47,034 bases of DNA, taken from NCBI GenBank assembly GCA_008501575.1, contig QQUO01000294.1, positions 1 to 47,034 of the forward strand, written 5' to 3'. The position numbers and the translations under genes are program-made. How positions within the stretch are numbered: position 1 is the first letter of the stretch; every line of letters starts with the position of its first letter. The notes under the pieces were generated by a model. It made no database searches. It worked only from the letters and a program-made list of their open reading frames with translations, and was not told the origin of the DNA. Positions 44,647 through 47,034 of this stretch are shown here, one piece after another. The stretch comes from Pseudomonadota bacterium (GTDB lineage Bacteria; Pseudomonadota; Gammaproteobacteria; Xanthomonadales; Marinicellaceae).

Positions 44647-46065
44647 ATGTTTGATTTAATAATAGGTTTTTTTAATACATTAAACAGTCAGAATTTTTAC
44701 CAGAAGGGGATTATTCCTTACTTTGAATATTTTGCCAGTTTATATTTATTTATTTTTTTATTCGCTTTGTTTCTTCAGGGATTTTATAAACTGATTATCT
44801 TGTTTTGTTCTCATGATATTCCTAATTTGAGGCATGCCGATGAAATCAAAGATAAAGTAACTATATTGATACATGGAACATGCGCCAAAAATGCACCATG
44901 GATTAGATCTAATTCATATATGTCAAAATTCATAAGTGACTATCACGAGCACAAGAATGAGGTGCACGCTTTTAATTGGACTGGTATCAATTCATTTACA
45001 GCAAGGTTAACAGCCTCAAAAAAATTATGTAATCTGTTAAAAGTTATAAAAATGAAAAATCCTAATTGTCAGATTACCTTGGTAGGACATAGTCATGGGG
45101 GGTCAATCGCATTACATGCAGCCAATTCTATTTATTCTGATTTTGATGACATCAAAGTGGTTTGTTTAGGGGCTCCGGTTTTAACGCGGGTTAATCAACC
45201 GGGGCTTTTTGAAAGAATTGCTGATTTAATTCTTGCCAGCATATTATTGCTGCTACCTATCAGTTATTTTTTTTCATCCTATTGCAATAGTGTGAGCCCT
45301 GAAAACTTTTATGGGTATTTTTGTCAATTTAGTTTACCGTTGAAAAGTGGCTATCAGTTTAATATTTTCACTTTTATATTTGTGGTTGTTGCGTTGGTGG
45401 TTATCAGAACAAGAATTAGTAATAAATTTGATCTTGCTGTTGGTGAAATTAAACTTGAGAAAAAAAATATCTTACAGATGAGAACTGTTGGCGATGAGGC
45501 TTCTGTAGGGATTAACACCATGTATGGTTTGAACAGGTTCAGCCAGTTGTTAACGATATTTCCAGTCAGGTTCTTTACAAATTTGAGCGCCAATGTTTCA
45601 AAGGAGTATCAGAAGTTGATGAAGAACATAGTGATGATGCTCTTTCTAATGGTGCTTATTGCTTTCTCGTTCCTGTATTTTCTTGATATCCAGTTAATCA
45701 ATGAAACAGTAGTTAAAACCATACTGTTACTTTCATTTTCTTCATTGATTTCATTGGCACTCGTATTGCTTGTGTTTTCACTAAAATCATTTAGATTTGT
45801 GGCTTGGGGTGTGCTTTCAATTACTGTCAGGCTTGTGTTTTTCCCATTCATAATTTTATTGCATGCGATAACAGGGTTAATTTGTGGCCCAGAAACAGCC
45901 TTAATTGGCAGTTGGGTTCATTTTTCTGCTGAGAGCGTACCAGTAGGTGAATGGCAATTAAATGTATTTGAGCCTGAATTAAAGGATCGGTATGTATTAA
46001 GACACTCTGACTTATATTTAAGACCTCGCATTATTAATAAAATTAACCAGTTTATATGGAGTTAA
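44647..46065 (+). CDS. Membrane-bound alpha/beta hydrolase (lipase-like)
   Basis: LIHGT, F.W.G.NS, VGHSHGG nucleophile elbow, C-terminal H (RHSDLY), several TM segments. Confidence 0.82.
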   Translation: MFDLIIGFFNTLNSQNFYQKGIIPYFEYFASLYLFIFLFALFLQGFYKLIILFCSHDIPNLRHADEIKDKVTILIHGTCAKNAPWIRSNSYMSKFISDYHEHKNEVHAFNWTGINSFTARLTASKKLCNLLKVIKMKNPNCQITLVGHSHGGSIALHAANSIYSDFDDIKVVCLGAPVLTRVNQPGLFERIADLILASILLLLPISYFFSSYCNSVSPENFYGYFCQFSLPLKSGYQFNIFTFIFVVVALVVIRTRISNKFDLAVGEIKLEKKNILQMRTVGDEASVGINTMYGLNRFSQLLTIFPVRFFTNLSANVSKEYQKLMKNIVMMLFLMVLIAFSFLYFLDIQLINETVVKTILLLSFSSLISLALVLLVFSLKSFRFVAWGVLSITVRLVFFPFIILLHAITGLICGPETALIGSWVHFSAESVPVGEWQLNVFEPELKDRYVLRHSDLYLRPRIINKINQFIWS

Positions 46066-46068
46066 CTT

Positions 46069-46656
46069 ATGAAATTCCTAATCAGTATTGTTCTTATCAT
46101 CCTCACGAAACTGGTTCATTCAAACTGTATTGAAATCGTGACTTTTGATGATGTGAGTGAAGCTAGGAGTCAATATATAATCAGGCAGATTTCTCTGGAT
46201 GGGGAGTCAACAGCTGTTAATAAAGCCTACAACACAGAAGTTGATTCATATCATAAGTGTAAAAATGAGAAATGGCGATCAACTTCTGATGCCCAATCTT
46301 ACATGAATCAACTGCAATACTGGAACAGAAAGATTGATAAAATTGATACTGCTCTGCAAGACATTAGACTTAAGTTAATCAATGCTTTTAAGCACACTGA
46401 AGAACAAAGAAAACCCATGCAAAGGTTAAAAAAAGCAAATCAGTGGTATGTGATGGCTTACTGTGATTATGAAGTTAACGGGAAACAATTCCTCGATAAT
46501 AAAAACAAAAGGAATGATCTGGTTGAGGAAATCACCAATATATATCGTGAGTTTTCTAAAGGTTGTTATGGAAAGGTTGATAAAGATGGATTAATGAAAA
46601 TGTTTTCTGTAGCAGGTCAGCTATTTGGTGATTGGATGAACTCAGTTTTTGAATAA
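46069..46656 (+). CDS. Putative secreted helical protein
   Basis: GGAG RBS, signal-peptide-like N-terminus, 4 Cys. Confidence 0.7.
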   Translation: MKFLISIVLIILTKLVHSNCIEIVTFDDVSEARSQYIIRQISLDGESTAVNKAYNTEVDSYHKCKNEKWRSTSDAQSYMNQLQYWNRKIDKIDTALQDIRLKLINAFKHTEEQRKPMQRLKKANQWYVMAYCDYEVNGKQFLDNKNKRNDLVEEITNIYREFSKGCYGKVDKDGLMKMFSVAGQLFGDWMNSVFE

Positions 46657-46852
46657 CAGTTATTTATTGATATCAAAATAACTTTGAATCTAATGTTATT
46701 GATTTAGTCAGGCTGGAGGAGTTGAAGATTGTTTGATAATAATATTACAATAATACAGGACGGCTGAGCTGTACCCGATAACACAAACAACCATATAGGG
46801 GGACATAATATTCCAAGAGGTGTACTATAAACAACATTAGTCAATATAAATT

Positions 46853-46889
46853 AAACCAGCAGGTTTTTGCTTAAATTAACTGCTGGTTT
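46853..46889. terminator. Inverted repeat / possible terminator
   Basis: AAACCAGCAG ... CTGCTGGTTT. Confidence 0.45.
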
Positions 46890-47034
46890 GTTGCTAATGG
46901 GTTTATGAAGGCTGCCGCTTCATAACCAGTATAATCTGTATAATTAATAGAATAATCAAGATGATTAATAGTGTAATAATGATGTGACAACAATCATTAT
47001 TACTGTTGAGATGCTTATCATCACTATCTAAAAT

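Noticed and set aside
1-47034. Integrase, transposase, retron/DGR reverse transcriptase or cas genes
   Set aside because: No such motifs were seen in any ORF. The prophage integrase is presumably left of the window.

Overview
Positions 1 to ~29,683 are the right-hand ~30 kb of a lambdoid, HK97-type siphovirus prophage. The integrase and attL lie upstream of the window. Modules in order: early-left recombination genes (ERF), a DEDDh-exonuclease/BRCT moron, the cI/cro switch with two triple operators, and a non-coding array of seven hairpins with anti-Shine-Dalgarno-like loops. These are followed by O/P replication genes, a C5 DNA methyltransferase with a nested out-of-frame partner ORF, nin-type genes, Q with pR'/tR', and HNH-terminase-portal-protease-capsid. 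A methyltransferase/glycosyltransferase cassette sits between the head-completion genes, then come the tail genes (with a -1 frameshift) and lysis genes. The prophage ends at a tmRNA (ssrA)-type 3' end (attR). To the right are a tandem structured repeat derived from that 3' end and a defence island: KilA-N, a type I R-M system whose hsdS has an internal stop, an embedded NACHT-NTPase plus RelA/SpoT-like pair, and a DUF3800 gene with a convergent ncRNA. The window ends with REPINs, a bile-acid:Na+ symporter and an AT-rich hydrolase cluster. The host is probably a gammaproteobacterium (inference). All calls come from motif reading by eye; no searches were run. Top candidates for novelty are the anti-RBS hairpin array (4267-4520), the NTPase-SAS pair, the virion glycosylation cassette, the nested multi-repeat MTase subunit and the DUF3800/ncRNA unit.
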